Positions 27,739-38,111 of a stretch of DNA of 64,000 nt are shown piece after piece. Position numbers and translations under genes: made by a program. The DNA lies in the NCBI GenBank assembly GCA_041499805.1, contig JBGQKZ010000010.1, positions 28,224-92,223 of the forward strand, in the 5' to 3' direction. Numbering within the stretch: the first letter of the stretch is position 1; each line of letters starts with the position of its first letter. The notes beneath the pieces were generated by a model. It searched no databases. It was given only the letters and a program-made list of their open reading frames with translations, and was not told where the DNA came from. The stretch comes from Gemmataceae bacterium (GTDB lineage Bacteria > Planctomycetota > Planctomycetia > Gemmatales > Gemmataceae).

Positions 27739-29223
27739 GTGACGCTGACGACCCGGCTCTCCGTGTTCTTCCTGACGACGCTCGCCATCGTCCTCGCCGG
27801 CTTTTCCGGCGCGCTCTACTTTCTGGCCAAGGACCATCTCCGTCGGCAAGTCGAAGATCACCTCGACGCGGTCCTCAATACCTTGGCTGCCGCCGCGGAA
27901 GTTAGTCCGGAAGGCGTCGAATGGGAGCCGTCGGAACGCCAGCTCCGCGTGCCGCCTTACTCGGGAGAGGACATTTTGTGGCTTGTGAGCGATCCCGCGG
28001 GCCGAGCCGTGGATCTGGCGGCGTCTGCCGATGCGACCGAGTTTCTTGGCGAAGCGGCCGAGCACTTGCGGAGCATGGAGCGAACGTCAAAGCGGCTGGA
28101 GTGGTCCGGCGGGCGTTGGCTATTTCGGCAGCAGTGGGTGCGCGCGGACAATCGAGACGCTCCTCCGCAGCCTCGCCCGGACGACGGCGGCCGGCGCTAT
28201 CCGCAATTGTCGTTCGTTGTCGGCGCCTCGCTGGAACCGATGCAGGCGACGCTGCGGAACCTTGCGTGGACGCTCGCCGCGTTATCCTTGGGAATCTGGT
28301 CGGTCGCCCTCTTCGCGGGCCGTTTCGTGTGCCGCCGAGCCCTCATGCCGGTGTCGCGCATGGCGTCTTCGGCACGCGGCATGGACGCGACCGACTTGGG
28401 GCAACGGTTGCCGAGCGCCAATACCGGCGACGAGTTGGAAGACCTGGGCCGTGCGTTCAACAGTTTGCTGGATCGGTTGCAGGAGTCGTTCGAGCGCCAA
28501 CGGCGTTTCACGGGCGACGCCTCGCATCAACTTCGGACACCGCTGACCGCCATGCTCGGACAGGTCGAGGTCGCCCTGCGCCGGCAGCGGCCCGTCGAGG
28601 AGTACGAGCGCGTGCTGACCTCGGTGCGACAGCAGGCCGACCGGCTACGGCAGATCGTGGAATCGCTGCTCTTTCTCGCCCGCGCCGATGCCGACGCCCG
28701 GCTGCCCGAGCGCGCGCCGGTGGACCTCCGCGAATGGCTGCCGGGACACTTGCACGCGTGGGCCGGTCATCCGCGCGCGGACGATTTCTTGGTCGAAGCT
28801 TATGACGTGGGCCCTGCCTGGGCCGAAGTGCAGCCGATTCTTCTCGGCGAGTTGCTCAACATCCTGCTCGACAACGCCTGCAAATACAGCGAGCCAGCGA
28901 CGCCGATCACGCTCAAACTCTGTCGCGCGGGAGACGCCGTCCAGATGGCCGTTCAGGATCGCGGATCGGGGATCGCCGACGAAGATATGCCGCACGTCTT
29001 TCGACCGTTCTTCCGCTCAGCAACGGCGCACAATCGAGGGGTTGAAGGATTGGGGCTTGGACTTGCGATTGCTCGGCGTTTGGCCGCTGCTTTGGGCGGA
29101 AGCATTGCCGTCACGAGCCAAGTCGGAAAGGGCGCGTGTTTCATCGTTTCGCTGCCGGTAGCGGAAGCTCATCCCACCACATCCGCCAGCGCCGCCTCAA
29201 GCGTCGGGAATCGGAACGTGTAG
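27739..29223 (+). CDS. Sensor histidine kinase (HAMP-HisKA-HATPase_c)
   Basis: Two TM segments. H-box FTGDASHQLRTPLTAMLGQ. N/G boxes LLNILLDNACKYS and DRGSGIADEDMPHVFRPFFR, GLGLGLAIARR. Confidence 0.9.
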   Translation: MTLTTRLSVFFLTTLAIVLAGFSGALYFLAKDHLRRQVEDHLDAVLNTLAAAAEVSPEGVEWEPSERQLRVPPYSGEDILWLVSDPAGRAVDLAASADATEFLGEAAEHLRSMERTSKRLEWSGGRWLFRQQWVRADNRDAPPQPRPDDGGRRYPQLSFVVGASLEPMQATLRNLAWTLAALSLGIWSVALFAGRFVCRRALMPVSRMASSARGMDATDLGQRLPSANTGDELEDLGRAFNSLLDRLQESFERQRRFTGDASHQLRTPLTAMLGQVEVALRRQRPVEEYERVLTSVRQQADRLRQIVESLLFLARADADARLPERAPVDLREWLPGHLHAWAGHPRADDFLVEAYDVGPAWAEVQPILLGELLNILLDNACKYSEPATPITLKLCRAGDAVQMAVQDRGSGIADEDMPHVFRPFFRSATAHNRGVEGLGLGLAIARRLAAALGGSIAVTSQVGKGACFIVSLPVAEAHPTTSASAASSVGNRNV

Positions 29224-30092
29224 CCCGCTTCCAGCGCCCGCTGCGGCAACACGCGCTGTCCCGTCGTGATGACGTCCGCGACTTCGCCGAGACCCAGACG
29301 TAAAGCGAACGCCGGCGTCGGTACGTAGCTCGGACGGCGAAGCGCGTAACCGAGTTCTTTCGAGAAGTCCTTATTGGTGACGGAATTCGGCGCGGTGGCG
29401 TTGAACGGGCCGTGGGCTTCCGCGTTTTCGAGCGCAAAGAGGAGAATACCGACGACGTCCGCGTTGTGGACCCAGCTCATCCACTGTGTGCCGCTGCCGA
29501 CTTTGCCGCCGACGCCGAGCTTGAACGGCGTCAGCATCTTCGAGAGTGCCCCGCCGCCACGTTCGAGCACGACGCCGATACGGACGATGGCGACCCGCAC
29601 GCCAAGGGGCTCGGCCTGCTGGGCGGCGTTTTCCCACTCGACGCAGATGCGGGCCAGGAAGTCGTTGCCGGGCGGGCTCTCCTCCGTCACCTCGTCGTCG
29701 CCGTGCGGTCCGTAGATGCCGATCGCGGAGGCGTTGATGAGCGTCTTGGGCTGGCCGCGGGCGGTGCGCGGCTTGCGGGCCAGAGCCTCGACGACGTTCG
29801 CCGTGCTTTGCGTGCGGCTGTCGCGGAGAAGATTCTTGAACTTCTCGCTCCAACGGCGGGCGAAGATGTTCTCGCCGGCAAGGTTGATGACGGCGTCGCA
29901 GTCCGTGACCGCGTCTTGCCAATCGCCCGCGCGCATCGGATCGCCTTCGATGAGCGTGACGCCGGCGCCCAAGTGTTGGCGGGCCTCGGCGTAGCGGCGT
30001 GTGAGGACGACCGGCTCGTCGCCGCGCTCGAGAAGGCATTTGATGAGTCGCGTGCCGACGAGCCCCGTCCCGCCGGTGACAAAGACGCGCAT
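29169..30092 (-). CDS. TIGR01777/YfcH-family NAD-dependent epimerase/dehydratase-like protein (DUF1731 C-terminus)
   Basis: MRVFVTGGTGLVGTRL Rossmann motif with a YfcH-like C-terminus. Confidence 0.82.
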   Translation of the reverse strand: MRVFVTGGTGLVGTRLIKCLLERGDEPVVLTRRYAEARQHLGAGVTLIEGDPMRAGDWQDAVTDCDAVINLAGENIFARRWSEKFKNLLRDSRTQSTANVVEALARKPRTARGQPKTLINASAIGIYGPHGDDEVTEESPPGNDFLARICVEWENAAQQAEPLGVRVAIVRIGVVLERGGGALSKMLTPFKLGVGGKVGSGTQWMSWVHNADVVGILLFALENAEAHGPFNATAPNSVTNKDFSKELGYALRRPSYVPTPAFALRLGLGEVADVITTGQRVLPQRALEAGYTFRFPTLEAALADVVG

Positions 30093-30254
30093 GGCGAGGG
30101 CCTCCCAAGAGTTGATGGCGTCCGCACTTGGCTACCGTCGTCTATTGATAGGCGCAACCGTCGTGCTGGACCACTTGCCAAGAATTCAGCAGCGAGACCG
30201 GGATTCGTAGGGTAGAATGAACATGGACCAACTTTCGCCTGGGGAGAGAGGAAT

Positions 30255-30575
30255 ATGCGCTCTTACACGAAACTGTTCGCCGCAGCCGCCTTGAGCCTGC
30301 TGGCCGCCGCCACGGTCGCCTTCGCGGAGCGGGTTCCGTCTTACAAGGCACAAGGGCAAAAAAGCACCGGCGCCAAGCCGGATATTTCCGTGCCGTATAC
30401 GACCAACGGCAGCTCGACGCTCGGCGCCTATTCCGTCGGGCCGCGCATCTATAGTTCGCCAAGCGTGGACGACCCTAACAATCCCCAAGCGCGGAAAGTG
30501 TATAACCTGCCCTTTTACGGCGCCACCATGAGTTACGGCGACAAGTCGAATGGCGCCGTGTCGAAACCGAAGTAA
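30255..30575 (+). CDS. Small secreted hypothetical protein (106 aa)
   Basis: Signal peptide MRSYTKLFAAAALSLLAAATVAFA. A perfect palindromic terminator follows. Confidence 0.45.
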   Translation: MRSYTKLFAAAALSLLAAATVAFAERVPSYKAQGQKSTGAKPDISVPYTTNGSSTLGAYSVGPRIYSSPSVDDPNNPQARKVYNLPFYGATMSYGDKSNGAVSKPK

Positions 30576-30588
30576 CAAATTCATCGTT

Positions 30589-30622
30589 TACGTTTCGCGC
30601 CCGCGGGCGGGCGCGAAACGTT
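30589..30622 (+). terminator. Perfect 15-bp-stem palindrome (aacgtttcgcgcccgc ggg cgggcgcgaaacgtt)
   Basis: Seen directly downstream of the 30255..30575 ORF. Confidence 0.55.
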
Positions 30623-30808
30623 AAACGACGGCATCGCTTCTCGTTCACCTCGATACATTTTTCCACTACTTTCCTCGACAATCCCCGCGCGTCGCCGGCG
30701 AAATACAATTCACTAGCAGGCTTCCACCGCGGATTACGCACCCTGAATCGGCGTTGGCGCCGGTCGCGCGCCGCGGCCCCTGTCCCACTTCTGTGAAGGA
30801 GTATCGCC

Positions 30809-33193
30809 ATGGCGTCGGGAGTGTTGCTCGATCTGTGGAGCGCCGTTGCTCCGATCGTGGCGGCCGACCCGTCCCAAGGTTCCGGCTCGCTACTGTGGTT
30901 TTTGTTGCCGGTGGCCGTCTTGCTCGCCGTCATCCTCGCGTGCGAGCTGATGGGCATGCGCTGGATTCCGAACAACCGAGTCGGCATTGTCGAGAAACTG
31001 TGGTCGCCGAAAGGCTCCGTCACGGAGGGCCGCATCATCGCGCTCGGCGGCGAGGCGGGCTATCAGGCGGACCTGCTGCGTGGCGGCGTCCATTTCGGTT
31101 TCTGGCGCTGGCAGTTTCGCATTCACAAGGCGCCGCTCGTCACGATACCGCAAGGCAAGGTCGGTTATGTCTACGCCCGCGACGGCGAGGCGCTGCAACC
31201 GAGCCAAACGCTGGGCCGTGTCGCCGAATCGAACCACTTTCAGGACGCGCACGCGTTCCTAAGCGAACCCCCCGCGGACGGCAGCAAGCACGTGCCCGGT
31301 CAGCGCGGCCGGCAGCGTGCGATTCTCCGCGAAGGCGTCTATGCGATTAACCTCGCGCTCTTCGTCGTCATCACGGAAGACGTCGTCTATCGGCTCGACA
31401 TGCACGGGCAGAAAGAGTTCGAGACGTTTGTGAGCTGGCAAAAAGAGCTACGGCGGATGGACGGCTTCAGCCCCGTCATTGTCGGCGCGCCAATCCAGTT
31501 CGTCGAGAACGTGAACGACGACGACAACGTCGGCCGCACGGTCGCCGCCGCCGACGCGATTCGCATCAAGAGAGGAAAGGGCGGCGCCGCGTCCACCGAT
31601 GCGTCCGCCTTCGACATGGTGCAAGGGCCGGTGGACTCCATCGCGATCATCACGGTCCACGATGGCCCGGCCCTGCCTCCGGGCGAGATCATCGCTTCCG
31701 CGGTCGGCGACGGACCGCAAGATCCAAACTACCACAACAATTTCCAGGACCCCGAGGCGTTTCTGCGCGCCGGCGGCCGTCGCGGCCGGCAGTACGGCGC
31801 GCTGACCGACGGCACCTACTTCATCAACCGCTGGTTCGCGACCGTCGAGTTGATTCCAAAAACCGTGGTGCCCGTCGGCTACGTCGGCGTGGTCGTCAGT
31901 TACTACGGCCGCATCGGCCGCGACGTCTCCGGCGACACCTTCCGCCACGGCGAGCGCGTCGCGGAAGGCGAACGCGGCGTCTGGGAACGGCCGCTCGGAC
32001 CCGGCAAGTACCCGTTCAACACCTACGCCGGTCAGATCATTCTCGTGCCGACGACCAACTTCGTCCTGCACTGGATCACCGACAAATCCGAGGCGCACCG
32101 CTACGACGAGAATTTGCAGTCGATCGACCTCGTCACAAAGGATGCCTACGAGCCGCTGTTGCCGTTGTCGGTCGTGGTACACATCGACTATCAGAAGGCC
32201 CCGAGCGTAATCCAGCGCTTCGGCGACGTGAAGCGGCTCATCACGCAGACGCTCGACCCGATGTTGTCGGCGTACTTTCGCGACGTCGCCCACAAGAAGA
32301 CGATGTTGGAACTGCTGCACGACCGCGATCAGATTCAGCAGGAAGCCCGCGACGAGCTGCGCCGCAAGTTCCGTGATTTCGACATCGAATGTGTGGACGT
32401 GCTGATCGGCAAGCCCGACACCGCCGAAGCCGGCGGCAAGATCGAGCAGCTTCTCGAACAGCTCCGCCTACGGCAACTGTCGATCGAGCAAATCGAAACG
32501 TTTGAACGGCAACGGGCCGCGGCCGAGAAGCAACGAACGCTCAACGAGGCCCAGGCGCAGGCCGCGATGCAGACGCAGCTCACCAACTCGTTGGTGCAGG
32601 TACAGGTTTCGGAAAACCAGGGCGGCGCCGACCTGGCCCGCGCTCGCAAGGCGGCCGAGCAGATGGTGGTCACCGCCCAGGCCGAAAATCAGAAACGGAT
32701 TCTGCAAGCGGAAGCCGACCTGATTCGGTCGAAGAAGCAGGCGGAACAGACCGTTGTGCTGGCTCAGGCCGAGAGCCAGCAGCGCATTTTGGCGGGCAAG
32801 GGCGAAAGCTCGCGGATCGCACAGACCGGTTTGTCAGAAGCGGCGGTGCTGTTGCGAAAGATCAGCTCGTTCGGCGACCCGCGGCTTTATGCGTTGGCTC
32901 AGGTTGCGGAGCATCTGTCACACAGCAGCCAACCGCTGGTGCCGGAACGCATCTTTGTCGCAGGAAGCAATGGCGAGAACGGCCACTCCGCCGCGCCGGC
33001 TCAAGGAATGCTCGGCCTGCTGATTAACTTGCTGGTGGCGGAGAAATCGGGCTTCCAATTAAGTGAGGATGCGGGTTTAGGAACGCTGCGCGAGTTCGCC
33101 GACAAGCTGACGCGCGAGGCGATGGAGACGATGCAACAGCCGGCCGTGGCGACGGAACCGCCGAAGGTGATTGAGGCGACGACGGCGAAATGA
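30809..33193 (+). CDS. Flotillin-like SPFH/Band-7 domain protein with long coiled-coil C-region
   Basis: N-terminal TM helix, SPFH core, then extended QAEQ.../AQAE... heptad-like repeats typical of YqiK/flotillin homologues. GAAGGA RBS. Confidence 0.78.
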   Translation: MASGVLLDLWSAVAPIVAADPSQGSGSLLWFLLPVAVLLAVILACELMGMRWIPNNRVGIVEKLWSPKGSVTEGRIIALGGEAGYQADLLRGGVHFGFWRWQFRIHKAPLVTIPQGKVGYVYARDGEALQPSQTLGRVAESNHFQDAHAFLSEPPADGSKHVPGQRGRQRAILREGVYAINLALFVVITEDVVYRLDMHGQKEFETFVSWQKELRRMDGFSPVIVGAPIQFVENVNDDDNVGRTVAAADAIRIKRGKGGAASTDASAFDMVQGPVDSIAIITVHDGPALPPGEIIASAVGDGPQDPNYHNNFQDPEAFLRAGGRRGRQYGALTDGTYFINRWFATVELIPKTVVPVGYVGVVVSYYGRIGRDVSGDTFRHGERVAEGERGVWERPLGPGKYPFNTYAGQIILVPTTNFVLHWITDKSEAHRYDENLQSIDLVTKDAYEPLLPLSVVVHIDYQKAPSVIQRFGDVKRLITQTLDPMLSAYFRDVAHKKTMLELLHDRDQIQQEARDELRRKFRDFDIECVDVLIGKPDTAEAGGKIEQLLEQLRLRQLSIEQIETFERQRAAAEKQRTLNEAQAQAAMQTQLTNSLVQVQVSENQGGADLARARKAAEQMVVTAQAENQKRILQAEADLIRSKKQAEQTVVLAQAESQQRILAGKGESSRIAQTGLSEAAVLLRKISSFGDPRLYALAQVAEHLSHSSQPLVPERIFVAGSNGENGHSAAPAQGMLGLLINLLVAEKSGFQLSEDAGLGTLREFADKLTREAMETMQQPAVATEPPKVIEATTAK

Positions 33194-33222
33194 AGATGAG
33201 GGAGCCCGACGCATGAAGCGAG

Positions 33223-33253
33223 GGACGGCGGACGTAGTTCGCCGTCCCTTTTG
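33223..33253 (+). terminator. Rho-independent terminator (gggacggcg-gacgtagtt-cgccgtccc + TTTT)
   Basis: GC hairpin followed by a T4 tract just after the flotillin-like gene. Confidence 0.6.
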
Positions 33254-33291
33254 AGTAGTGCCTCAGTTGGACACTTGCTAGGCTAGATCAC

Positions 33292-33585
33292 ATGCCCGAC
33301 CAGCGACCTGTGTATCTTTGCCCGCGCTGCAAGACCCGCATCTCGTTCGGAACCCAGACCGATCCGCCGCCCCGTAATTGTCCCGGATGCCGGCGCCGAC
33401 TCTACATTCCCACGGAATTTGCGCCCAACTCGTGTATTGAGCTCACTTGTCCCAGCTGCTCCGCCAGTTTCACCGTCGTCCTGTTGCGGGTCGGTCAGCA
33501 ACGTAACCGATTCGCACGTCCCAAGTGCGGCGTTATGGTAGATCCACCAACCGACCCGCCTTCCACGGCAAGCGAATCAAGTTGA
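33292..33585 (+). CDS. Putative zinc-ribbon protein (97 aa)
   Basis: Three CxxC pairs (CPRC, CPGC, CPSC) spaced for zinc-ribbon folds. Confidence 0.4.
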   Translation: MPDQRPVYLCPRCKTRISFGTQTDPPPRNCPGCRRRLYIPTEFAPNSCIELTCPSCSASFTVVLLRVGQQRNRFARPKCGVMVDPPTDPPSTASESS

Positions 33586-33674
33586 GACACTACCCCCCAA
33601 TTGTGTTGAATGGACAGCGGGGCGAACAACGGTTAGATTAGAGACCTAGATGTCCGCAGGTCGAGAGGTGGAAC

Positions 33675-33968
33675 ATGACTATCCAATTGCCCCCGGAATT
33701 AGAGCAATTTGTCCGGGAACAGATCTCCAACGGATATTATGACACCGAAAGCGAGGCGTTTCTCCACGCAATGGAGTTGCTTCGCGACTGGCATCACGTT
33801 CGGCAAATGCGCTTGGACGATGTGCGCAAGAAGGTCATGGTTGGCGTAGAGCAGTTGGAGCGTGGTGAGTACAAGGAATACGACGATAACTCGTTAGATG
33901 AGCTATTCCAGGAGATTCGGAACAACACGTTGGCCCGACTGGCCGAGCAACGAAGAGACGCAATATGA
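33675..33968 (+). CDS. parD: ParD-family antitoxin (COG3609)
   Basis: MTIQLPPELEQFVREQISNGYYDTESEAFLHAMELLRD... is the ParD/ribbon-helix-helix type. Overlaps parE by ATGA. Confidence 0.75.
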   Translation: MTIQLPPELEQFVREQISNGYYDTESEAFLHAMELLRDWHHVRQMRLDDVRKKVMVGVEQLERGEYKEYDDNSLDELFQEIRNNTLARLAEQRRDAI

Positions 33969-34264
33969 GCCAGTATCGCCTCACTGACGAGGCGTTCGCC
34001 GACATCGGCGAAATCCACTTCTCGCTCGGTCAGCTGAGCATCGCGGCTGCCGACCGGCTGCTTGTCAAGTTCTTCAACAATTTTCGATCGCTCGCCCGGC
34101 TCCCCGAAATGGGATCGCCGTGCGATGAAATCGTCCCAGGGCTGCGGTACTTGGTTGTGAAGAAGTATGTGATCTACTACCGAGTGGTCCCAGAGGGAGT
34201 CGAGATCGCACGTGTCGTGAGCGGCCAGCGAGACATCGACACGGTATTTGGGCTCAATAATTAA
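33965..34264 (+). CDS. parE: ParE/RelE-family toxin
   Basis: YRLTDEAFADIGEIHFSLGQLSIAAADRLLVKFFNNFRSLARLPEMG...YVIYYRV is a typical ParE. Confidence 0.8.
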   Translation: MSQYRLTDEAFADIGEIHFSLGQLSIAAADRLLVKFFNNFRSLARLPEMGSPCDEIVPGLRYLVVKKYVIYYRVVPEGVEIARVVSGQRDIDTVFGLNN

Positions 34265-35045
34265 ACGCCTCATCCCCCAGCCCCACATTCACCCGCAAAT
34301 CAATATAGCTATACACCTCAATCAACTCCCCATCCGCCGCGCCGCCTTGTCGCGGCCAGTCGTACACTTCGATGCGGATCGGCAGCCGATTTTCCTTATC
34401 GAAATACAGCACGGTGCGGTAGCTCGTGAACTGCCCGCCGCGGTTGTCGGGGTGGAACGTTTCGACGCGCATGCAGCGGCGTTTGTTGTACTCGTACTCG
34501 GCAACCCGCGTCTGCGTCAGGCCGAGGGCTCGTTCCTGTTGCCAGGTGCGCTCGAAGCGCGTGATGAGATTGCCGATGCCCGCTTCGGTGATGGAGTGTT
34601 TCGTGTTCGCCAGCACGCGCGGGTCGTTGGTCGCCATCGTGACGAAGCCGACGACGCCGAGGATGCCCTGGGAGTGAACGCGCATCTGCCCGTTGTACTT
34701 GCCGACGACGTAGCACGCTTCCTGCCCGGCGGACTCCTTTGGGGCGACCCAGCCGAGGTAGACGCTGAACGGCTGGTTGCGGACTTTCATGCGGACGACG
34801 TTGTCCGGTTGCAACTGGCCGTTGAGGCGTTCCTTCTTGATCATGGTGCAGGTGTAATCGCGGACGTTCTGATAGCTCTGCCGCGCGTCGGCGAGGATGC
34901 GCAGCGGTTCGTCAAGCGGCGAGGCGGCGGGCGGCGACTGAGAATTGGCGAGCGGGCTGATCGCCGCGCTAACCGCAAGAGCCGCGAGACCGGCGACGGC
35001 GACGATCCACAATCGTCGCGTGGAAGGGCAGGGCGGTCGAAGCAT
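34254..35045 (-). CDS. DUF1571 domain secreted protein
   Basis: ATG at 35045 gives a signal peptide (MLRPPCPSTRRLWIVAVAGLAALAVSAA), then a DUF1571-like region (YTCTMIKKERLNGQLQPDNVVRMKVRNQPFSVYLGWV). Confidence 0.6.
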   Translation of the reverse strand: MLRPPCPSTRRLWIVAVAGLAALAVSAAISPLANSQSPPAASPLDEPLRILADARQSYQNVRDYTCTMIKKERLNGQLQPDNVVRMKVRNQPFSVYLGWVAPKESAGQEACYVVGKYNGQMRVHSQGILGVVGFVTMATNDPRVLANTKHSITEAGIGNLITRFERTWQQERALGLTQTRVAEYEYNKRRCMRVETFHPDNRGGQFTSYRTVLYFDKENRLPIRIEVYDWPRQGGAADGELIEVYSYIDLRVNVGLGDEAFNY

Positions 35046-35373
35046 CCTGGTCGATCCTTTCACGGCGATGGAAAGAATTGGCGACGCCGAGTCCGGCGCG
35101 CGCATGAATCAACGAAATCACGCTGCGGGAAACGGCACGACACAAGCCTGACGCGCGAGCGAAGGACCGCAGTGCCCTTCGCTCGCGCGTCAGGCTTGTG
35201 TGCTGCGAAATCATGCGCCGTCATTTAGAAAGCAACTGCCGTACCGCCGCCGTGCGCGTTTCGACAAGGGACGCCGCAAACGGAGCGGGCGAAATCAGTT
35301 CGGTTTTGGCTCCGAACAAATGACGGGGACAGAACACGCCGTCCGCCTTGTACAATTTACAAGGGAGGGCGCC

Positions 35374-36021
35374 ATGCCGGACGCTTTGCAGATTCACACC
35401 ATCGTTTCGCAGCCGTTTGGCGAGAACACTTATGTCATCCGGCGGCCGGGCCGCCGTGATGCGTTGGTGATCGACCCCGGTTTGGAGCCGGACCTTATTC
35501 TGGACTTCCTCCGGGATCAAGGGTTGACCGTCGCCGCGATTCTGAACACGCACGGCCACGGCGACCACATCGGCGGCAATGCGGCGGTCAAAGAAGCGTT
35601 TCCCGAAGCGCCCATTGTCATCGGCGCGAACGAGGCGCCGCTGCTCGTAGACGCGAATGCCAACCTCAGCGCGCCGTTCGGGATGCCGATTACCAGCCCG
35701 CCGGCGGATCAGACCGTGCGTGAAGGGGACGTGATTGAATTCGCGGGCATCCGCCTGGAGGTGCTCGACATTCCGGGGCACTCGCCGGGGCACGTCGTTT
35801 ACGTTTTCCGCGATACGCCGTGCGTGGTCTTCGGCGGCGACGTGCTCTTCCGCGGCAGCATCGGGCGCTCGGATTTTCCAGGCAGCAACGGGCCGTTATT
35901 GTTGCGTGGCATTCGCGAAAAACTATTCGCGCTCCCAGACGATTCGATCGTTTATTCGGGACATGGGCCCGTTACAACCGTGGGGCATGAGAAGCGAACG
36001 AATCCGTTCGTCGGGGTTTGA
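35374..36021 (+). CDS. MBL-fold metallo-hydrolase (hydroxyacylglutathione hydrolase-like)
   Basis: HxHxDH motif (ILNTHGHGDHIGG) and DIPGHSPGHVVYV. Confidence 0.85.
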   Translation: MPDALQIHTIVSQPFGENTYVIRRPGRRDALVIDPGLEPDLILDFLRDQGLTVAAILNTHGHGDHIGGNAAVKEAFPEAPIVIGANEAPLLVDANANLSAPFGMPITSPPADQTVREGDVIEFAGIRLEVLDIPGHSPGHVVYVFRDTPCVVFGGDVLFRGSIGRSDFPGSNGPLLLRGIREKLFALPDDSIVYSGHGPVTTVGHEKRTNPFVGV

Positions 36022-36048
36022 GTTTAGCGGCGGTTCGGAGAGCCGCCG

Positions 36049-36756
36049 TCAGACGAGTTGGCTCATATTCGTGATGCGTGGCACGTCCGCGGATGCGAAC
36101 TTGCCACGCGGATCGAACAATACCGTCCGCAGGCCCGCCGCAACGCCGCCGACATAATCGTTTTCCCAATCGTCACCGACGAACAGGATATCCGCGGCAG
36201 CTAACTCGACGGAGCGGCAGAGCGCCGCGAACAACTCGGCCGAAGGCTTGCGCCAACCGACTTCGGAGCTGATGACAATATGTCGAAGCGGCCGCAACTC
36301 CGCCCGGCCCGCAAGGACCGTGCGCAGGCGGCGATCGTAGTTGGACGCCAAACCGAGCGCAATGCCGCGCCGTGCAAAATCGGCGACCGCGGCGGCAGCG
36401 TCCGGCTCCACACGCCACGATTCGGGACGGCTGAAATGGTCGTACAGCTCGTCGAAGCACGCGCCGGGGTCGTTCACATCATCCAGCACCGCCGCGACGA
36501 TGCGCTGCCAGCGCGCACGTTCGCGCTCCTCACTCGTTCGGAGGCCCTGTTTCAGGTCGATCGCTTCTTCATTTTGAAAAGCGGTGCGAAAGCGCGACAG
36601 GATCGCAGCGGCGTCATGGCAGCTGCCGCGGCGGCGCGCAACGTCGGCGTAGACGACGGGCGCCGGCGGATCGGGATGCAGCAACGTGCCGACGGCGTCG
36701 AAGAACACGGCGCGCGGCGGGCCTCCCTCGCTGGCGCTTCGGGCTCCCAAATTCAT
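36049..36756 (-). CDS. HAD-family hydrolase
   Basis: Motif I (VFFDAVGTLL) and motif IV (FVGDDWENDYVG). Confidence 0.8.
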   Translation of the reverse strand: MNLGARSASEGGPPRAVFFDAVGTLLHPDPPAPVVYADVARRRGSCHDAAAILSRFRTAFQNEEAIDLKQGLRTSEERERARWQRIVAAVLDDVNDPGACFDELYDHFSRPESWRVEPDAAAAVADFARRGIALGLASNYDRRLRTVLAGRAELRPLRHIVISSEVGWRKPSAELFAALCRSVELAAADILFVGDDWENDYVGGVAAGLRTVLFDPRGKFASADVPRITNMSQLV

Positions 36757-38012
36757 GCTGCTTTCCTATGGAGCGCGAGGCCCAGAGCGAAGAGGCCGAT
36801 CAAGGTATAGGTGAGGAACGCGAGAACGGTGAGCGTTTGCCAAGGCGTCGCGACAGAGCTGCCGAACTCGCCGATTGTCGCATCCCAGAGCACCTTCGGA
36901 TTGATCCAGGACACCGCGAGCAACAGGAGAAACCACGCGCGCAACGACCCGTCTGCCGGCAGCCGCAGCCACCATAAGGCCATCGGCACGAGCAACAGAC
37001 AGAAATAATGATCCCACGCCACCGGCGAGAGCAGCAGCATGGCGACGCACGAGAGTCCGAAGTCGATGTCTTTCTGCTCCGGCGTGCGCGTGCGGCGGAC
37101 TCGCGACACGAGCAACACGAGTACGAGCGCCGCCCATGCGATTGTCAGGGCCAGCGCGAGCGACGGTTGCTGGACAACGACGTCGACCTGGCCGCTGCGG
37201 CCGTCGAACAGCCGGCTCCAAAAACCGAGCAGCGAGGCGTTCAGCCACCAGTCGCGGAAAATCTGCACATGGGGCATCACGTCACGGACGTAATCGCGAT
37301 AGGCGTCGATGCCTAGCACCCCGGCGGTGACGAGCGTGAGAGCGCTGAAGGAAAAGACGCCGGCCGTGACCGTCTTCCATTCCTTGCGAACCAGAAACGT
37401 CAGAAAAAACAGGCCGGGAACAAGCTTCGCCGCGGTGGCGACGCCGAGCAGAATGCCCGCAAGGAGAGGCCGATCCGAACGATCCGCCGCCCACATGCCT
37501 GTCAGCAGCAACAACAAGACGAGGTTGAGTTGTCCTTGATGCGTTTGCGAGCGCAGGGGATTGCACACGAGCAAGAGCGTGACCAGCGGCAAAACGTTCC
37601 ACCACGTCCACGGAATGCCCAGTTGACGCACGACGATCACAACGCAGGCGGCGAGACACGCGAGCGAGAACAGATTCCACGCCAACCCGGCATTCTGATA
37701 ATCGAGGGCGGCAAAAGGCAACGCCAGCAGGACTGAACTCGGCGGGTGGGCGTTGTATCGATAATAGAAGGGTTCCTGCGGCCGATAGCCGAGGTAGCGC
37801 TCAACGGAGTCCGATTGCTCCGCGTAAATGGGGAGGCCACTCCAGAAATTGCGGGCCGACGCCCATTCCTGGAAGAAGTCGCGCACCGGCTCGTGCGGCG
37901 GCCGCAAACGCTCGACAAAGCTCGGACCCCAGACCGCGCAGACGACGGCGGTCAACCCCAGCCAAAGCAGGCGTTGCCGCGGCGACCAAAAGCCGAACGG
38001 ATCTTTCGTCAC
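36753..38012 (-). CDS. Glycosyltransferase family 87 / DUF2029 polytopic membrane protein
   Basis: 419 aa with multiple TM helices and a GT87-like DUF2029 pattern. Overlaps the HAD gene by 4 nt. Confidence 0.7.
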   Translation of the reverse strand: MTKDPFGFWSPRQRLLWLGLTAVVCAVWGPSFVERLRPPHEPVRDFFQEWASARNFWSGLPIYAEQSDSVERYLGYRPQEPFYYRYNAHPPSSVLLALPFAALDYQNAGLAWNLFSLACLAACVVIVVRQLGIPWTWWNVLPLVTLLLVCNPLRSQTHQGQLNLVLLLLLTGMWAADRSDRPLLAGILLGVATAAKLVPGLFFLTFLVRKEWKTVTAGVFSFSALTLVTAGVLGIDAYRDYVRDVMPHVQIFRDWWLNASLLGFWSRLFDGRSGQVDVVVQQPSLALALTIAWAALVLVLLVSRVRRTRTPEQKDIDFGLSCVAMLLLSPVAWDHYFCLLLVPMALWWLRLPADGSLRAWFLLLLAVSWINPKVLWDATIGEFGSSVATPWQTLTVLAFLTYTLIGLFALGLALHRKAA

Positions 38013-38040
38013 GCAAATGCAAAATGAATGGCGGGTACAA

Positions 38041-38099
38041 GAGTGGTCGCCTCGCTCCGCGAGGCGAATGCCGCGCCTCGCGGAGCGTGGCGGCCACTC
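38041..38099. repeat. Family-B nested palindromic repeat, copy 1
   Basis: gagtggtcgcctcgctccgcgaggcg ... cgcctcgcggagcgtggcggccactc. Each arm is itself a hairpin (gcctcgc/gcgaggc). Confidence 0.7.
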
Positions 38100-38111
38100 T
38101 CATGCGCTGGC

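Noticed and set aside
27178-28065. 295-aa minus ORF and other Arg-rich ORFs across the two-component genes
   Set aside because: Antisense or off-frame to the response regulator and histidine kinase genes.
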